Shown one piece after another: positions 39,716 through 50,442 of a stretch of 64,000 bases of DNA. The stretch comes from Vicinamibacteria bacterium (GTDB taxonomy: Bacteria > Acidobacteriota > Vicinamibacteria > Fen-336). How positions within the stretch are numbered: the first letter of the stretch is position 1; the number at the start of each line of letters is the position of its first letter. The notes under the pieces were generated by a model that worked only from the letters and a program-made list of their open reading frames with translations, was not told the DNA's origin and searched no databases. The position numbers and the translations under genes were made by a program. The stretch is from contig CAUZDW010000005.1 in the NCBI GenBank assembly GCA_963578825.1, positions 67,608 through 131,607 of the forward strand, written 5' to 3'.

Positions 39716-41137
39716 TCATTCCATCCCTCGTTCTTCCGCGATGCTGTACAGGTATCGCTCCCCGCGCAGGAACAGCTCGCGCCCGGCGAGAGCGGCCGAG
39801 GCGCTGAAGCGGTCCTCGAGAGAGTTGAGTGCCAGTGCCTCGGGTTTGTCGTCGTGAGAAATCACCAGTGTCACGCCATCGAGGTCGGTGATGTAGACGC
39901 GGCCTCCGGCGGCCACCGGCGAGGCATAGATGTTGCCCACGCCGCCGAGCCGCAAGGGGCCGGGTCGTTCCTTGCCGGTCTTGGCATGCAGGCGTGTCAG
40001 GATTCCCTGGTAGTGGTAGATGACATACAGGGCCTCTCCGTAGAGCAAGAGCGACGGTATGTAGGGAGTGCCTCGACGGCGGGTCCATGCGACGCGGTCC
40101 GTTCCGGTGATGTCGCCCGTCGAGCCGGCCAGACGGATGGCCAGGAGGTTCCGCGTGTCGTAGCTGCTGCCGGCGTAGACCATGCCGTCTGCGGCCACCG
40201 GAGAGGCGACGACGTTGGCCGATAGCCCCGCGCATTCCCAGACCACTTCACCGCTCAACAGGTCGTACCCCCGCACACGATTCGCCCCGCACACGATGAC
40301 CTGGTGCCTTCCGTCCTGCTCGACAACCACCGGGGTCGCCCACGACGAGGGCTCGTCGCGCTCGACCTTCCAGCGCTCCTTGCCGGTTCTCTTGTCGAAG
40401 GCGGCGACGAACGATGGGCCTTCGTGATCCCAGCTGACGATCAGGGTGTCGCCGTAGAGAGCGGGCGAACTGCCCTCGCCGTGACCGTGCTTTGTATGCA
40501 TGTCGCCCGGATCGGTTTCCCATAGCAGCTCACCGTTCCAGTCGAGGCAGTAAAGGCCGTAGGAACCGAAAAAGGCGAACACCCGTTCACCGTCGACAAC
40601 CGGCGAGCTGGACGCGAAGCTCCCCGTGTAGTGAATGCCTTCGTTCGGTATGAGCTCGCGAACCGACGTTTGCCAGATGATCTTGCCGTCGCGGCGGTTG
40701 ACGGCAAGCACGACGAATGACTGGCGACGCACCACCGCGAGACCGTCGTGCGCACCGGGGCGGCGGCCGGCCAGTGGCGGGACTTGCCCTCCTGAAGGAA
40801 TGGCAGCGGTCAGGAAAATGCGATCGTCCCAGACAACCGGCGTCGAATGCCCCCTGCCGGGAAGAGCGAGCTTCCAACGGATGTTCTTGTCCTCGCTCCA
40901 CTCCAACGGCGGGTTGGCGCGCGGCGCAACGCCGGTGCCCAGGGGCCCGCGCCACTGGGGCCAGTAGTCGAGAGCTTCGGAATCGTCATCGGCGAGCCTG
41001 GCCGAAAGCGGGGGAGGCGGTCGCCTCCCCGGCCGGCCTTCATCAAGCAACGGGCTGGCGCTCGCGAGGGCGAGCGCCACGCCCAGGAGAGCCAGAAAGG
41101 ACCACATGAGGCGCGCTCTTATCGGTGATCTCGACAT
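39716..41137 (-). CDS. Secreted PQQ-repeat beta-propeller protein (BamB-like/PQQ-enzyme-like repeats)
   Basis: Signal peptide and repeated W-x-x-x-G blade motifs. Confidence 0.7.
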   Translation of the reverse strand: MSRSPIRARLMWSFLALLGVALALASASPLLDEGRPGRRPPPPLSARLADDDSEALDYWPQWRGPLGTGVAPRANPPLEWSEDKNIRWKLALPGRGHSTPVVWDDRIFLTAAIPSGGQVPPLAGRRPGAHDGLAVVRRQSFVVLAVNRRDGKIIWQTSVRELIPNEGIHYTGSFASSSPVVDGERVFAFFGSYGLYCLDWNGELLWETDPGDMHTKHGHGEGSSPALYGDTLIVSWDHEGPSFVAAFDKRTGKERWKVERDEPSSWATPVVVEQDGRHQVIVCGANRVRGYDLLSGEVVWECAGLSANVVASPVAADGMVYAGSSYDTRNLLAIRLAGSTGDITGTDRVAWTRRRGTPYIPSLLLYGEALYVIYHYQGILTRLHAKTGKERPGPLRLGGVGNIYASPVAAGGRVYITDLDGVTLVISHDDKPEALALNSLEDRFSASAALAGRELFLRGERYLYSIAEERGME

Positions 41138-41230
41138 GACGCTAGCTGTCAGCCCCTATGTCGGCTCACTTGAGCTGCCGCTCCAGCCAGCGACCTTCCG
41201 CTTGTAACCCGACCACTCCGGCCGCCCCTC

Positions 41231-42895
41231 CTAGCTCTCCATGCCGTGGGGGGCGCCGTCGAGACGATACAGCTCGTGCTCCACGCCGACCTCCATCAGC
41301 TTCGCGGCGAAGGCGAGGCCCTGCTCCCAGAGCATCTCGTTCGTTCCATGCACCAGCAGCATCGGTGGCATTCCCTCGTGCGCGTGGTAGAGCGGCGAGT
41401 AACGCCGCAGCAGGTTGCGGCCCTCCTCGTCCAGCGCGGGGCGAGCGAACAGTCGCACGAGCAGCGACCGTGGCGAGGCGTCCCGGACCAGGGGCAGGAA
41501 GTCGTAGACCCCGTAGAACGAGACGACCGCCGCCACCGAACACGGCTCCCGCTCGACGGGATCTTTGGCTTCGGCCTGACCATCGCACGGCTCGACGGCG
41601 AGCTGCGCGACCATCTGGCCGCTCGCCGACTCGCCGAGGGTCGCCAGCCGGTCGGGGTCCACTCGAAAGGTGTCGGCGTGGTGTCGCACGTAGCGGATAG
41701 CACGGCGCAGGTCGGCGAGCTGTTGAGGGTGGCGGTACTCGGGGGTGAGGCGGTAATCGATCGAGAACCAGGCCAACCCGGCACGGGCCAGCGGCGCGAG
41801 GAACGGCGTCAGGTAGGTGACCTTGTCCCCGGCCTCCCAGCCGCCGCCATGCGCGAGGATGACTCCGGCAAACGGTCCGTCTCCGGCCGGGATCCATGCG
41901 TCGAGGACCAGCTCGCCCGTCTCTCCGTCCGGTGTTTCGAAGGTTCCGAAGACGATGTTCTTCCTGAGCTGGTCGTCGTCTTCGGGCTCGTGCTCCGGAT
42001 CTTCAAGGTCGAGCGTCTCCGACAGCCAGTCGACGATCGCGTGTTTGTAGCCCCAGTGGACCGGCCACCAGTTCTCCGCGTCGTGGCTCGCGCCAGAGAC
42101 CTCGAGGAAACGGGTTCTCACCCCGGTTTGCTCGAGGGCATCCCGATAGCGAAGCGCCTCCTTCACCGGGACCCGGGAGTCTGCTCCGCCGTGCACGATC
42201 ATCACCGGTGCCATGCCCTCCGCCACGCGGTCGATCGGTGACGCCGCCGCAAGGACGGTCTTTGCGCCGGGCGATGTCGGGTCGACTCCCAGAAGGGGAT
42301 CGAGGCGCTCGCCCAGCCCGCTCTCTCCGACGAGCGGCCGCAGGTCGTAGATCCCCCCCACCGAAACGGTCGCGGCGTGGCCGCCGGGACGCTCGGCGGC
42401 CAGGAGCGTCGCCAGCTGCCCCCCGGCGTCCTCTCCGAGAAGGGCGATGCGGTTCGGGTCGACCCTCAGCTCTTTCGCGTGAGAGCGGACGAACTCGAAG
42501 GCCGCCCGCAGGTCGTCGAGAGCCGCGGGAAAGGAATGCTCCGGGGCAAGGCGGTAGTCGATCGAGAACCAGCTGAATCCGGCGGTCGTCAGCACCTCGA
42601 GGAGCTGGCCGACGCGGGCGATGCGGCTGCCCGACGTCCAACCGCCGCCGTGCACGACGATGACCGCCGGGCGGTTGCTTCCCTGTTGCTGCAGGTACGC
42701 ATCGAGCGAGAGCTCGACGCCTGCGACCCGTCGGTAGACGACGTCGCCCAGAACTCCCGGGACAATGTAGTTTCCGTGCCGGTTGCGCGGGACGATGGCC
42801 GTTTCCTCGCCGTCGACCTCGACTGCCAGGCCTCCTCCCGGAAAGGACGCCACCGCCAGCGCGATCAGACACCACGCCCTGCCAGCTCCCGCCAT
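41231..42895 (-). CDS. Secreted tandem alpha/beta-hydrolase (HSL/fold-3 esterase-lipase family, two domains)
   Basis: Two HGGGW oxyanion motifs. The nucleophile pentapeptide is GESAS in domain 2 but GEDAG in domain 1, where Ser is replaced by Asp. Confidence 0.7.
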   Translation of the reverse strand: MAGAGRAWCLIALAVASFPGGGLAVEVDGEETAIVPRNRHGNYIVPGVLGDVVYRRVAGVELSLDAYLQQQGSNRPAVIVVHGGGWTSGSRIARVGQLLEVLTTAGFSWFSIDYRLAPEHSFPAALDDLRAAFEFVRSHAKELRVDPNRIALLGEDAGGQLATLLAAERPGGHAATVSVGGIYDLRPLVGESGLGERLDPLLGVDPTSPGAKTVLAAASPIDRVAEGMAPVMIVHGGADSRVPVKEALRYRDALEQTGVRTRFLEVSGASHDAENWWPVHWGYKHAIVDWLSETLDLEDPEHEPEDDDQLRKNIVFGTFETPDGETGELVLDAWIPAGDGPFAGVILAHGGGWEAGDKVTYLTPFLAPLARAGLAWFSIDYRLTPEYRHPQQLADLRRAIRYVRHHADTFRVDPDRLATLGESASGQMVAQLAVEPCDGQAEAKDPVEREPCSVAAVVSFYGVYDFLPLVRDASPRSLLVRLFARPALDEEGRNLLRRYSPLYHAHEGMPPMLLVHGTNEMLWEQGLAFAAKLMEVGVEHELYRLDGAPHGMES

Positions 42896-42910
42896 GGACT
42901 GGAGTGTACG

Positions 42911-45274
42911 TCAGCCCGTCGAAGCGGGACGCCGACGGGCCATGAGTGCGAGCGCCGCGAGCCCGACGAGCCCCATTGCGCTCAGGACTCCCCCAAGGAC
43001 GACACTTCGGGGGAGGTAGGTCATCTCGACCCGATGCGAACCGGCCGGGAGCGCGACGCCGCGGAAGAGGGCGTTCGTCCGCAGGAGCGGTGCTGGCTCG
43101 CCGTCGACGGTGGCCGTCCAGCCCTCCCGATAGGCCTCGAGAACCACCAGAACACCCGGCCGGTTGGCAGAGGCCTCGATCACGAGCCGATTGGTTCGTC
43201 GCTCGACGATGCTCGCGGTGCCGGTGAATCCCGCAGCGGCGGGCCTGGCCGGCAGCCCTCCAGAGACCACCGCCTCGTTCTTCAGGTCGGTCCTCGTGAT
43301 GAGCGTCTCGACCGCCTCCGGGTCGGGCACGTTCCGGACCCCCTCGACGACGTAGGCGCGAGGCTGTGTCTCTCGGACTCGGAGCACTCGCAGGGGCACT
43401 CCGAGTGAGGAGTCGAAGCGCGCGGCCTCCTCGAGTCCCGCCAGGTTGCGGCCCACGTCGACCACGTAGTCGACGCCCCCGAGGCGCAGACCCTGCCGAC
43501 CCACGGGCCAGTCCTCGTGGCCGAGGACGACGAGGGCGAGGGCGTTCTGAAGCGGCGGCGCCAGGCCCGTGAAGTCGTCGTCGATGCCCCCGAACAGGCC
43601 GAAGCGCGCTCCGAGGGGCGGGGTCAGGGTCTCCAGGGCGACGAGGGCCGACCCGACCCTCCCGAGCGATCGGAGGGGGCTCTCGACGTACAGGGCCGCC
43701 GTCTCCGCGTCCGCAGCGCGGGCGACATGGATGCGCGCCCCTGCCGGCAGCGCGCCGACGACCGGGGGGGGTGTCTCGACCAGCGCGCGAGGGGCAAGGG
43801 GGTTGATGCTCTGGCCTGCCAGGACCAGGTCGCCGAGCACGAGGAGCGCCAGCGCGGCACTCTTGGGCGGGGTCGTGACCGGTGCACTCGAGCGCAGCCA
43901 GAAAACGAGTGCCGCCAGGGCGGCGAGGGCCGCTTCGACGAACAGCACAGAGCGAAGCTGCGGCAGCGCCTCGAGCCACGAACGATCGAGCCGCTCGAGG
44001 AGCTGGCTCGACCCCTGCAGCGCGTGGCCTCCCAGCGCCAGAGCGGCCGCGACGACGAGCAGGCTGCCGATGGCCCACCGGGCACCGCGCTTCCGAGGAG
44101 CCTCCCACCGCTCGAGCCAGACCGCACCGCCGAGACCCACGAGGAGCGCCCAGGCCAGGGCCATCGGGAGGAGGTACTTGGCCGGGTACCGGATCAGCGA
44201 GAGCGGGGGCACCACGTGCACCAGGGCGAAAGCCGGCGTGAAACGGCCCAGCGAGAGAAGCAGCGCTCCCACGAAGGCGCTCACCGCATAGCCACGCCAG
44301 CGCGACGTCGACTGGAGCGCGCCGAGAACGGCGAGACCGAGAGCCGGGACGCCCAGGAACATCGAGACCAGCAGCGGCTCTCGTCCCTCGAAAAGAGCGG
44401 CGCGTGTCTCCAGAGCCAGGGGCAGACGTCCGAGCAGCTGAGGTGCGAAGAGGTCGAGGAGGCTCGCTGGATGGATCGACCAGCGGGTTCGCGCCTCGAG
44501 GGGGAGAGAGCCACGGGCGCCCTCGCTCACGAGATCGATCGTCGGGACCCACTGGAGACAGCAGACCGCGACTCCGACCACCATGGCGACCGCGAGTCCT
44601 CTCGCGAAGCGTCCCCGGGGCGGTGTCGGGGCCCGGTCGAGCTCGTGCCAGGCGAGCCAGCCCAGCCCGAGGAGCGCGCTCATGAGGCTCAGGTCGGCAG
44701 AGCCGGCCAGGAGCTGCCCGATGACGGCCAGGGACATGGCGAGAGCGGTCCGTGCGGACGGGTGAAGCCGCAGCGAGACGAAGGCGCTCAGCACCCAGGG
44801 CATCCAGGCCGCCCCGGCATAGTGGTGGAAGAGACTGGCTGCGGAGAGGAGCGGCCCGGAGACGGCATAGACGGCCCCCGCAACCGCCGAGGCCCCCTGG
44901 GGCAGCCCCAGCCTTCGCGCGAGCAGGACCGTGCCGAGGCCCGCGAACACCGCATGGCCCACCACGAACAGCCGATAGTAGTCAGGCGGCGGGATGAGGA
45001 GGACCAGCCACGTGGGTGGGTAGAGCAGCTCGAAGTTGGGGTCCGCGAGAAGCGGTGTTCCGAAACCCACGTAGGCATTCCACAGGGGCAGATCTCCGGC
45101 GCGCAGGGCCCGGACGAAAACCTCGATGTGGGGGAGCCAGTAGGCGAGGATGTCCCGCTGGAAGAAGACGAGATCGCCGGGGATCGCCCGCCAGAGCGTC
45201 GCGACGACGCAGGCGATCACCAGGAAGGCGGCCCGGCCGAGCGCCGCTCGCGAATCGCATGTCGGGGAGCTCAC
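42911..45274 (-). CDS. YfhO-like large polytopic membrane protein (putative glycosyl/lipid transferase family)
   Basis: 787 aa, >12 TM helices plus a C-terminal periplasmic domain and terminal TM helix. Family assignment is tentative. Confidence 0.5.
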   Translation of the reverse strand: MSSPTCDSRAALGRAAFLVIACVVATLWRAIPGDLVFFQRDILAYWLPHIEVFVRALRAGDLPLWNAYVGFGTPLLADPNFELLYPPTWLVLLIPPPDYYRLFVVGHAVFAGLGTVLLARRLGLPQGASAVAGAVYAVSGPLLSAASLFHHYAGAAWMPWVLSAFVSLRLHPSARTALAMSLAVIGQLLAGSADLSLMSALLGLGWLAWHELDRAPTPPRGRFARGLAVAMVVGVAVCCLQWVPTIDLVSEGARGSLPLEARTRWSIHPASLLDLFAPQLLGRLPLALETRAALFEGREPLLVSMFLGVPALGLAVLGALQSTSRWRGYAVSAFVGALLLSLGRFTPAFALVHVVPPLSLIRYPAKYLLPMALAWALLVGLGGAVWLERWEAPRKRGARWAIGSLLVVAAALALGGHALQGSSQLLERLDRSWLEALPQLRSVLFVEAALAALAALVFWLRSSAPVTTPPKSAALALLVLGDLVLAGQSINPLAPRALVETPPPVVGALPAGARIHVARAADAETAALYVESPLRSLGRVGSALVALETLTPPLGARFGLFGGIDDDFTGLAPPLQNALALVVLGHEDWPVGRQGLRLGGVDYVVDVGRNLAGLEEAARFDSSLGVPLRVLRVRETQPRAYVVEGVRNVPDPEAVETLITRTDLKNEAVVSGGLPARPAAAGFTGTASIVERRTNRLVIEASANRPGVLVVLEAYREGWTATVDGEPAPLLRTNALFRGVALPAGSHRVEMTYLPRSVVLGGVLSAMGLVGLAALALMARRRPASTG

Positions 45275-45347
45275 GATGTTGAGGAGGCCTTCACTGCGAC
45301 CTCATTGTAAGGGCAGCGGCTCGTTGTCCCGTGAGCGGTGCGCGCGC

Positions 45348-47075
45348 TCAGTCCCTGGGCGACGGGTCGAGGGCGAGCCACAAGACGGTTCCGTTCACCG
45401 CGGGATCCGTGCTGCCCGCTGGGTGGAATCGAACCACGATCGGGCGGTCCTGATAGCCGCAGACGAACTCCAGCTCGGGCTCCGCCTCCCCAGTCCCGTG
45501 CACGAAGAAGCTGCGGGTCGATGAGGCCTCGAGCTTGACCGTCGCCGGATCCGCGGCGACGGTGAATAGAAGGCTCCCATCGGGGCGGCAGTCCAGGTAG
45601 ATGAGATCCCCGCGCACCTCGACCGTGGCGGCGCTGAAGCCCTCGAGGCGGGCGAGCAGGTAGGCGCACAGATAGCGAAACGCCGGATCCCTTGCGGCGT
45701 CGCGACCGCGCCTCAGTACCCGCCGTGCCGCGGTCAGGTTGCCGCCTTGCACGTAGAGCCGCGAGAGCGTCCGGGCAATGTCGGTGCGATCGGGCTGCTG
45801 CTCGAACAGCGGCTCGAGGAGCTCGATGAGGTTCGCCCGAGGCTCGGTGCTCAAGGAGGCGAGAAGGAGGGCGGCCTCATAGAGCTGGGGCGAGTGGGCA
45901 AGGGCTGTCTCCAGGTCCGCCACCGCCTGCGCCTCGACTTGCGGGTCGAGGCGCACACCCCGTTGCAGGGCTTCGGAGACGTGCAGTCGCGCGCGCCGCA
46001 GGAGAGCGGCCGGGTTTTCGGGATCGGCCTCAAGCACGCTTTCGAGCTGCCGGCGTGCGGCGTCCCACTGCCCCTGGGAGACCAATAGACCGCCGAGGCT
46101 GGCTCGAGACGGGAGGTGGCTCGGATCGGTCTGAAGGGCGGCCTCGAAGTGACGCCGGGCGCTCCTGGAGTGACCTCCATGCAGGAGCAGATCGCCCAGC
46201 CGATGCTCGACGTCGGCGGGCGGAGGCACGTCTTTCCGGAGGGCCGGCTCAGGTGCTCTCTCGACAGTCACACGGAGGAGCGGTCCCGCCGGAACGTCGG
46301 ACAGCGAAGCCTCGGCGTCGGCCAGGTCGCCGATCCGCCGGGCAAACGCCGACTGGGGTTCCTCGCCCCCCGCCACGTCACCCAGGAACGCGCGCAGTGC
46401 TTCGAGGCCTTGCCGGTGGATCACCCAGCGGACCAGCGCCCACGAGCGGGCGTAGAGGGGCCCGCTCTCGACCTCGCCCAGGTACTCGGGCGAGTCGTAG
46501 CCCACGTCCAGGAGCTCAGCGAGCGCGAGGTTGCCTTCCCGCAGCAGCGGCTCGTACTCTGGCCGTGTGGCGCCGAGCCGGGCCTCAACGCCAGTCAGGA
46601 CGGCGCCGCTCAGGACCTCGGCCAGTCCCTCTGAAACCCACAATGGCTGGGCCTGCAGAGACCGGTTCAAGACGAGGTGTGCGTACTCGTGCTCGATGGC
46701 CTCGAACGGGCGGAGCCGCTCCGGTGAGAGGTGCAGCACCGCGTAGTCTCGCTCGCCGCCCCCTTGAAAGAAGCCCGCCAGATCTTCGGAGCGGCGCCGC
46801 TCGCGGGGCACCAGGAGGGCGAAGCGGTTGGGGTCCTGCACCACGAGCACGGTGATGGGCCGCCGAGCATCCTCGGGGTCGGGGAACAGCTCGAGGAGGA
46901 CCGTCCGCAGGCGCTCGAGCCGCCCGGCGGCCCCCCGGGCGGGCGCCTCGCCCGCGTCGCTCAGCACCTCGAAGTGGGGCGAGCGGACTCGCACCCAGCC
47001 GCCGTCGGCCGGCGACTGTGAAGAAAGGAGCACCGCGCCGGCGAGGGCGAGAGAAATGGATCGGATCATCAGCAA
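45348..47075 (-). CDS. Secreted DUF1570-like zinc-metallopeptidase-fold protein with C-terminal TPR repeats
   Basis: Signal peptide; HEYAHL (HExxH) motif; multiple TPR-like repeats. Confidence 0.55.
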   Translation of the reverse strand: MLMIRSISLALAGAVLLSSQSPADGGWVRVRSPHFEVLSDAGEAPARGAAGRLERLRTVLLELFPDPEDARRPITVLVVQDPNRFALLVPRERRRSEDLAGFFQGGGERDYAVLHLSPERLRPFEAIEHEYAHLVLNRSLQAQPLWVSEGLAEVLSGAVLTGVEARLGATRPEYEPLLREGNLALAELLDVGYDSPEYLGEVESGPLYARSWALVRWVIHRQGLEALRAFLGDVAGGEEPQSAFARRIGDLADAEASLSDVPAGPLLRVTVERAPEPALRKDVPPPADVEHRLGDLLLHGGHSRSARRHFEAALQTDPSHLPSRASLGGLLVSQGQWDAARRQLESVLEADPENPAALLRRARLHVSEALQRGVRLDPQVEAQAVADLETALAHSPQLYEAALLLASLSTEPRANLIELLEPLFEQQPDRTDIARTLSRLYVQGGNLTAARRVLRRGRDAARDPAFRYLCAYLLARLEGFSAATVEVRGDLIYLDCRPDGSLLFTVAADPATVKLEASSTRSFFVHGTGEAEPELEFVCGYQDRPIVVRFHPAGSTDPAVNGTVLWLALDPSPRD

Positions 47076-47264
47076 CGACCCTCGTCCATTCTAGCTCTCG
47101 CGCCTTCGGGTCCCGGGCGGCAAGCTTCGCAGCTTCTGGCATAAGCTGCCACAGAGCGGCTGAGGCAGGGCCTTCCACGAGGCTTTTCCCAGAAGCCACG
47201 TGGAAGGGCGGGACTACTCAGGGTTTCTCTCCCCCTACGTGGGGAGGGATAGGGTGGGGGGTCG

Positions 47265-48443
47265 ATGAATAATAGACAAGCGATGAGACGCGCCGTCTGG
47301 ATTTCCAGTGTCCTGCTCGCCGCAACCCTGCACGCCCAGTCCGTGTCCCCTCGGCACTCCCTCGATCACGCGGCATTGGCGAAGAAGATCATCGAGCGCC
47401 TCGACATGAAAGAGGGCGAGACGTTTCTGGCGGTGGCGCACCCCGGGCTCTTCGACGAGATGATTCCCTATCTCAGGTACGAGGCGATGAGGGTCGGTGC
47501 GGTGGACCTGGGCGTCCTCGACGTCTTGGCGCAGCCGGTCCCGGAGAGCTTCTCCGAGGAGACGCTCCGTACCGGGGCGGAGGCGTCGCTCCCCCGGCTC
47601 CGGGAGATGCTCCAGGGCGTGGATGCCTCGGTCATGCTCCCCGGCGCCAACCCCGGCCAACCCGCCTACACGGCCATTCAGGATCTGCTCCGAGACGGAA
47701 AGGGACGCACAATCCACTTCCACTGGCTCGAGAACGGCAGTGCCCTTCCCCTTCCCGGCCAGCCCCTCCCTCCCCGCCACGTGATCGAGGCCACCTACCA
47801 GCGTGCCCTCCTCGACGCCGACTACGAGGCCCTCGGGGCGCATCAGCGACGGTTCGTCGCCGCAATGCGGAAGGGAGAAGTGCGCGTCACGAGCCCTGCG
47901 GGGACGGACCTGCGTTTTCGGATCGGCGACCGGCCCGTGAACGTCCAGGATGGCAACGCCTCGATGGCGCGGACGGAGGCCGGCCGCATCCTCATCGATC
48001 GGGAGATCGAGCTCCCTGCCGGGGCGGTGCGCGTGGCGCCCCTGGAGGAGACGGTCCACGGCACGATCGCCTTTCCCCCGTCCCAGTGGGCCGGCCGGCC
48101 CGTCCAGGGGCTGAAGCTCGTCCTCGAGGCGGGGCGGGTTGTTTCGCTTTCCGCCGAGTCGGGGGAAGAGGCCGTCCGGCGGGAGTTGGAGGACGCCGGC
48201 GCCGGCGGAGGGTCCTTCCGCGAAATGGCGCTGGGATTCCATCCGATGCTGGCCGTTCCCCAGGAGAGCCCCTGGATCCCGTACTACGGGTACGGGGCCG
48301 GCGTCGTGCGCCTCTCCCTGGGTGACAACTCCGAGCTCGGCGGAAACGTGACGGGAGGCTACGTGCGCTGGAACTTCTTCGTGGACACGACCCTTAGCGT
48401 GGGCGGCGAGGTCTGGATCCGAGACGGGGCTCTCGTGCGGTAG
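47265..48443 (+). CDS. M29-family aminopeptidase (aminopeptidase T / AmpS-like), with signal peptide
   Basis: Blocks VRVTSPAGTDLRFRIG and HGTIAFP...GLKLVLEAGRVV...FREMALG align with Thermus aminopeptidase T. Confidence 0.6.
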   Translation: MNNRQAMRRAVWISSVLLAATLHAQSVSPRHSLDHAALAKKIIERLDMKEGETFLAVAHPGLFDEMIPYLRYEAMRVGAVDLGVLDVLAQPVPESFSEETLRTGAEASLPRLREMLQGVDASVMLPGANPGQPAYTAIQDLLRDGKGRTIHFHWLENGSALPLPGQPLPPRHVIEATYQRALLDADYEALGAHQRRFVAAMRKGEVRVTSPAGTDLRFRIGDRPVNVQDGNASMARTEAGRILIDREIELPAGAVRVAPLEETVHGTIAFPPSQWAGRPVQGLKLVLEAGRVVSLSAESGEEAVRRELEDAGAGGGSFREMALGFHPMLAVPQESPWIPYYGYGAGVVRLSLGDNSELGGNVTGGYVRWNFFVDTTLSVGGEVWIRDGALVR

Positions 48444-48480
48444 CGCGAGCCATCCTCTGGGCTTCGCGACCGCAAGTGCG

Positions 48481-49395
48481 CTAGCGCACCTCGCGCCCGT
48501 AACGAATCTTTGTGTTCACGATGCCGAGCTCTACCCGGCGATTCTTCGCGCGGGCCTCGTCCGAGGTCCCGGTCACCAGCGGGCGCTCCTTCCCGTGTCC
48601 CGTCACGGAGAGGATCCCAGGTGACAGGCCGGCCTCCTCGAGGTAGTCCCGCACGGCCTGCGCGCGGCGCTCGGAGAGGTTCTGGTTGTACTCGGCCGAT
48701 CCCACGTCGTCCGTATGGCCGTTCACGGAGATCGTGTACTCGCGAGAGGAGAGCAGAATCCCGGCAACGCGGCTCAGCAGCTCGCGATCGGCGGGTTTCA
48801 GATCGGCCTTGTCGAACTCGAACTTGAGGTATTCGCTCCCCAGGCTCATGACGACGCCGAGTGCGGTGCGCCGCGTGTCCGCGATCTGACCGAGGGCCTC
48901 CTGCAGCCGGTTGAGATCGGCTTCGGCCTCTCTCCGGATGCGTCTCGCTTCGGCTTCGGCCCGGGCAGCCGAGCGGCGCGCGCTGTCGGCCTCCTGTCGC
49001 GCGTCCTCGGCTTCTCCGCGGGCCAGGGCCGCGTCGCCTCGGGCGTCGGCCGTCTCGGCCTGCGCCCGTTCCCGGCTCTCCACCGCCGAGCGGGCGAAGG
49101 CCTCGGCGTCTCCCGCCCGGTCGATCGCCTGCATGGAGAGCTCCATCGACTCTTCGGCCCGGGCCGAGAGGCCCGCGAGCTGGCGGTCGACCTCGTCGAA
49201 GCGCGCCATCATCTGCAGGCCCAGGAGTCCCAGGCCGACGAGGATCACGACGATGAGGAGTGCGAGCACGAGAAGGGCCATTCGGCCGCCGCCACCCGGG
49301 GCTCTCCCGGTTCCTCCCGAAGACTGCGTTTCGTCCAGCATCGCTCTATAGAATAGAGCAAACGCGGCGCGTCTTCGCTGTGAGAGGGGACACAC
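48481..49395 (-). CDS. OmpA/MotB C-terminal-domain protein with TM helix and coiled-coil region
   Basis: C-terminal NGHTDDVGSAEYNQNLSERRAQAV...NRRVE OmpA signature. Confidence 0.8.
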   Translation of the reverse strand: MCPLSQRRRAAFALFYRAMLDETQSSGGTGRAPGGGGRMALLVLALLIVVILVGLGLLGLQMMARFDEVDRQLAGLSARAEESMELSMQAIDRAGDAEAFARSAVESRERAQAETADARGDAALARGEAEDARQEADSARRSAARAEAEARRIRREAEADLNRLQEALGQIADTRRTALGVVMSLGSEYLKFEFDKADLKPADRELLSRVAGILLSSREYTISVNGHTDDVGSAEYNQNLSERRAQAVRDYLEEAGLSPGILSVTGHGKERPLVTGTSDEARAKNRRVELGIVNTKIRYGREVR

Positions 49396-49413
49396 GCCCT
49401 GGCCGGCGGCGGT

Positions 49414-50442
49414 CTACTCCGCGACGATCCCGAGGATGCGCCCCTCGGCCTCGAACTCCTGCAGGAGTCGGCGACGCAGTCCCCTCTCCGCCAGGCCGTA
49501 GCGCAAGCCGTTCGTGTTGAGCTTCCAGAGCTGGGCGTCGCTCAAGCCCTGCTCGTCCCGAGCCAGCATGTACTCCCGGTTGAGATCGGTGGAGAAGAAG
49601 GGTGGGTCGTCCGTGCTCAGCGTTGCCGCCACACCCGCCGCGAGCATGGAACGGAGCGGATGCGCGCGCAGGTCCTGGAAGTCGGTCAGGCAGGCGTTGC
49701 TGGACAGCGCGACATCGCAGCAGATGTCCCGCTCGGCCAGGAGATCGAGGGTTGCCGGATCGTCCACGGCGTGGACCCCGTGTTGGACTCGGAGCACCTC
49801 GAGCTCCTCGACCGCCTGCCGCACGTGCTCGGCGCCACCGGTCTCGCCGGCGTGGGCCACCGCTGGGTACCCGGCCCGGCGCGCGCGCTCGAAATACGGT
49901 GCGAACATCGAGCGGGGAAAACCGCGCTCCGGTCCGCCCAGGCCGATTGCGACGACGATGGGGTTGGCGAGACCCTCGAGCAGAGCCGCCGTGTAGGGTC
50001 CGGCCTCGTTCGCCGCTTCGCTGGGAATGTCGAGGATGAGGCGTGTCACGGGACCGCCCTGCGCTTCCGCGCTCTGGAGGCACGCCGTTACGATCTCCAG
50101 CGCCCGCTCGCCTCCGATCCCGAAGCGCTGGTGGTTATACGGCGTGAAATGAGCCTCGACGTAGCGGATGTTCTGCCGTCGGGACTCCTCCACGAAACCG
50201 TCGACCATCTGTTCGTAGTCCTCGGGGCTCTTGAGGCAGGAGCACATCGCCAGCCACAGCTCGATGAACTTGTCGAAGCTCTCGAACCGATAGAGGCGAC
50301 GGAGCGCGTCGAGGGTCGTCGCTGGAAGAGACACGCCGTGGCGTTCGGCCATGGCCCAGAGCGTCTCCGGAGAGGTGGTTCCCTCGAGATGGAGGTGAAC
50401 CTCCGCCTTGGGCATGCGCGCGATGATCTCGTCGCTGAGCAC
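49414..50442 (-). CDS. add: Adenosine deaminase
   Basis: PKAEVHLHLEGT...HAGE...SSNACLTD...STDDP signature. Start may be GTG at 50442 or ATG at 50415. Confidence 0.85.
   Translation of the reverse strand: MLSDEIIARMPKAEVHLHLEGTTSPETLWAMAERHGVSLPATTLDALRRLYRFESFDKFIELWLAMCSCLKSPEDYEQMVDGFVEESRRQNIRYVEAHFTPYNHQRFGIGGERALEIVTACLQSAEAQGGPVTRLILDIPSEAANEAGPYTAALLEGLANPIVVAIGLGGPERGFPRSMFAPYFERARRAGYPAVAHAGETGGAEHVRQAVEELEVLRVQHGVHAVDDPATLDLLAERDICCDVALSSNACLTDFQDLRAHPLRSMLAAGVAATLSTDDPPFFSTDLNREYMLARDEQGLSDAQLWKLNTNGLRYGLAERGLRRRLLQEFEAEGRILGIVAE

Noticed and set aside
42003-44552. 849-aa minus ORF overlapping YfhO-like and hydrolase genes
   Set aside because: Poly-Arg/Pro/Gly junk translation in alternative frame.
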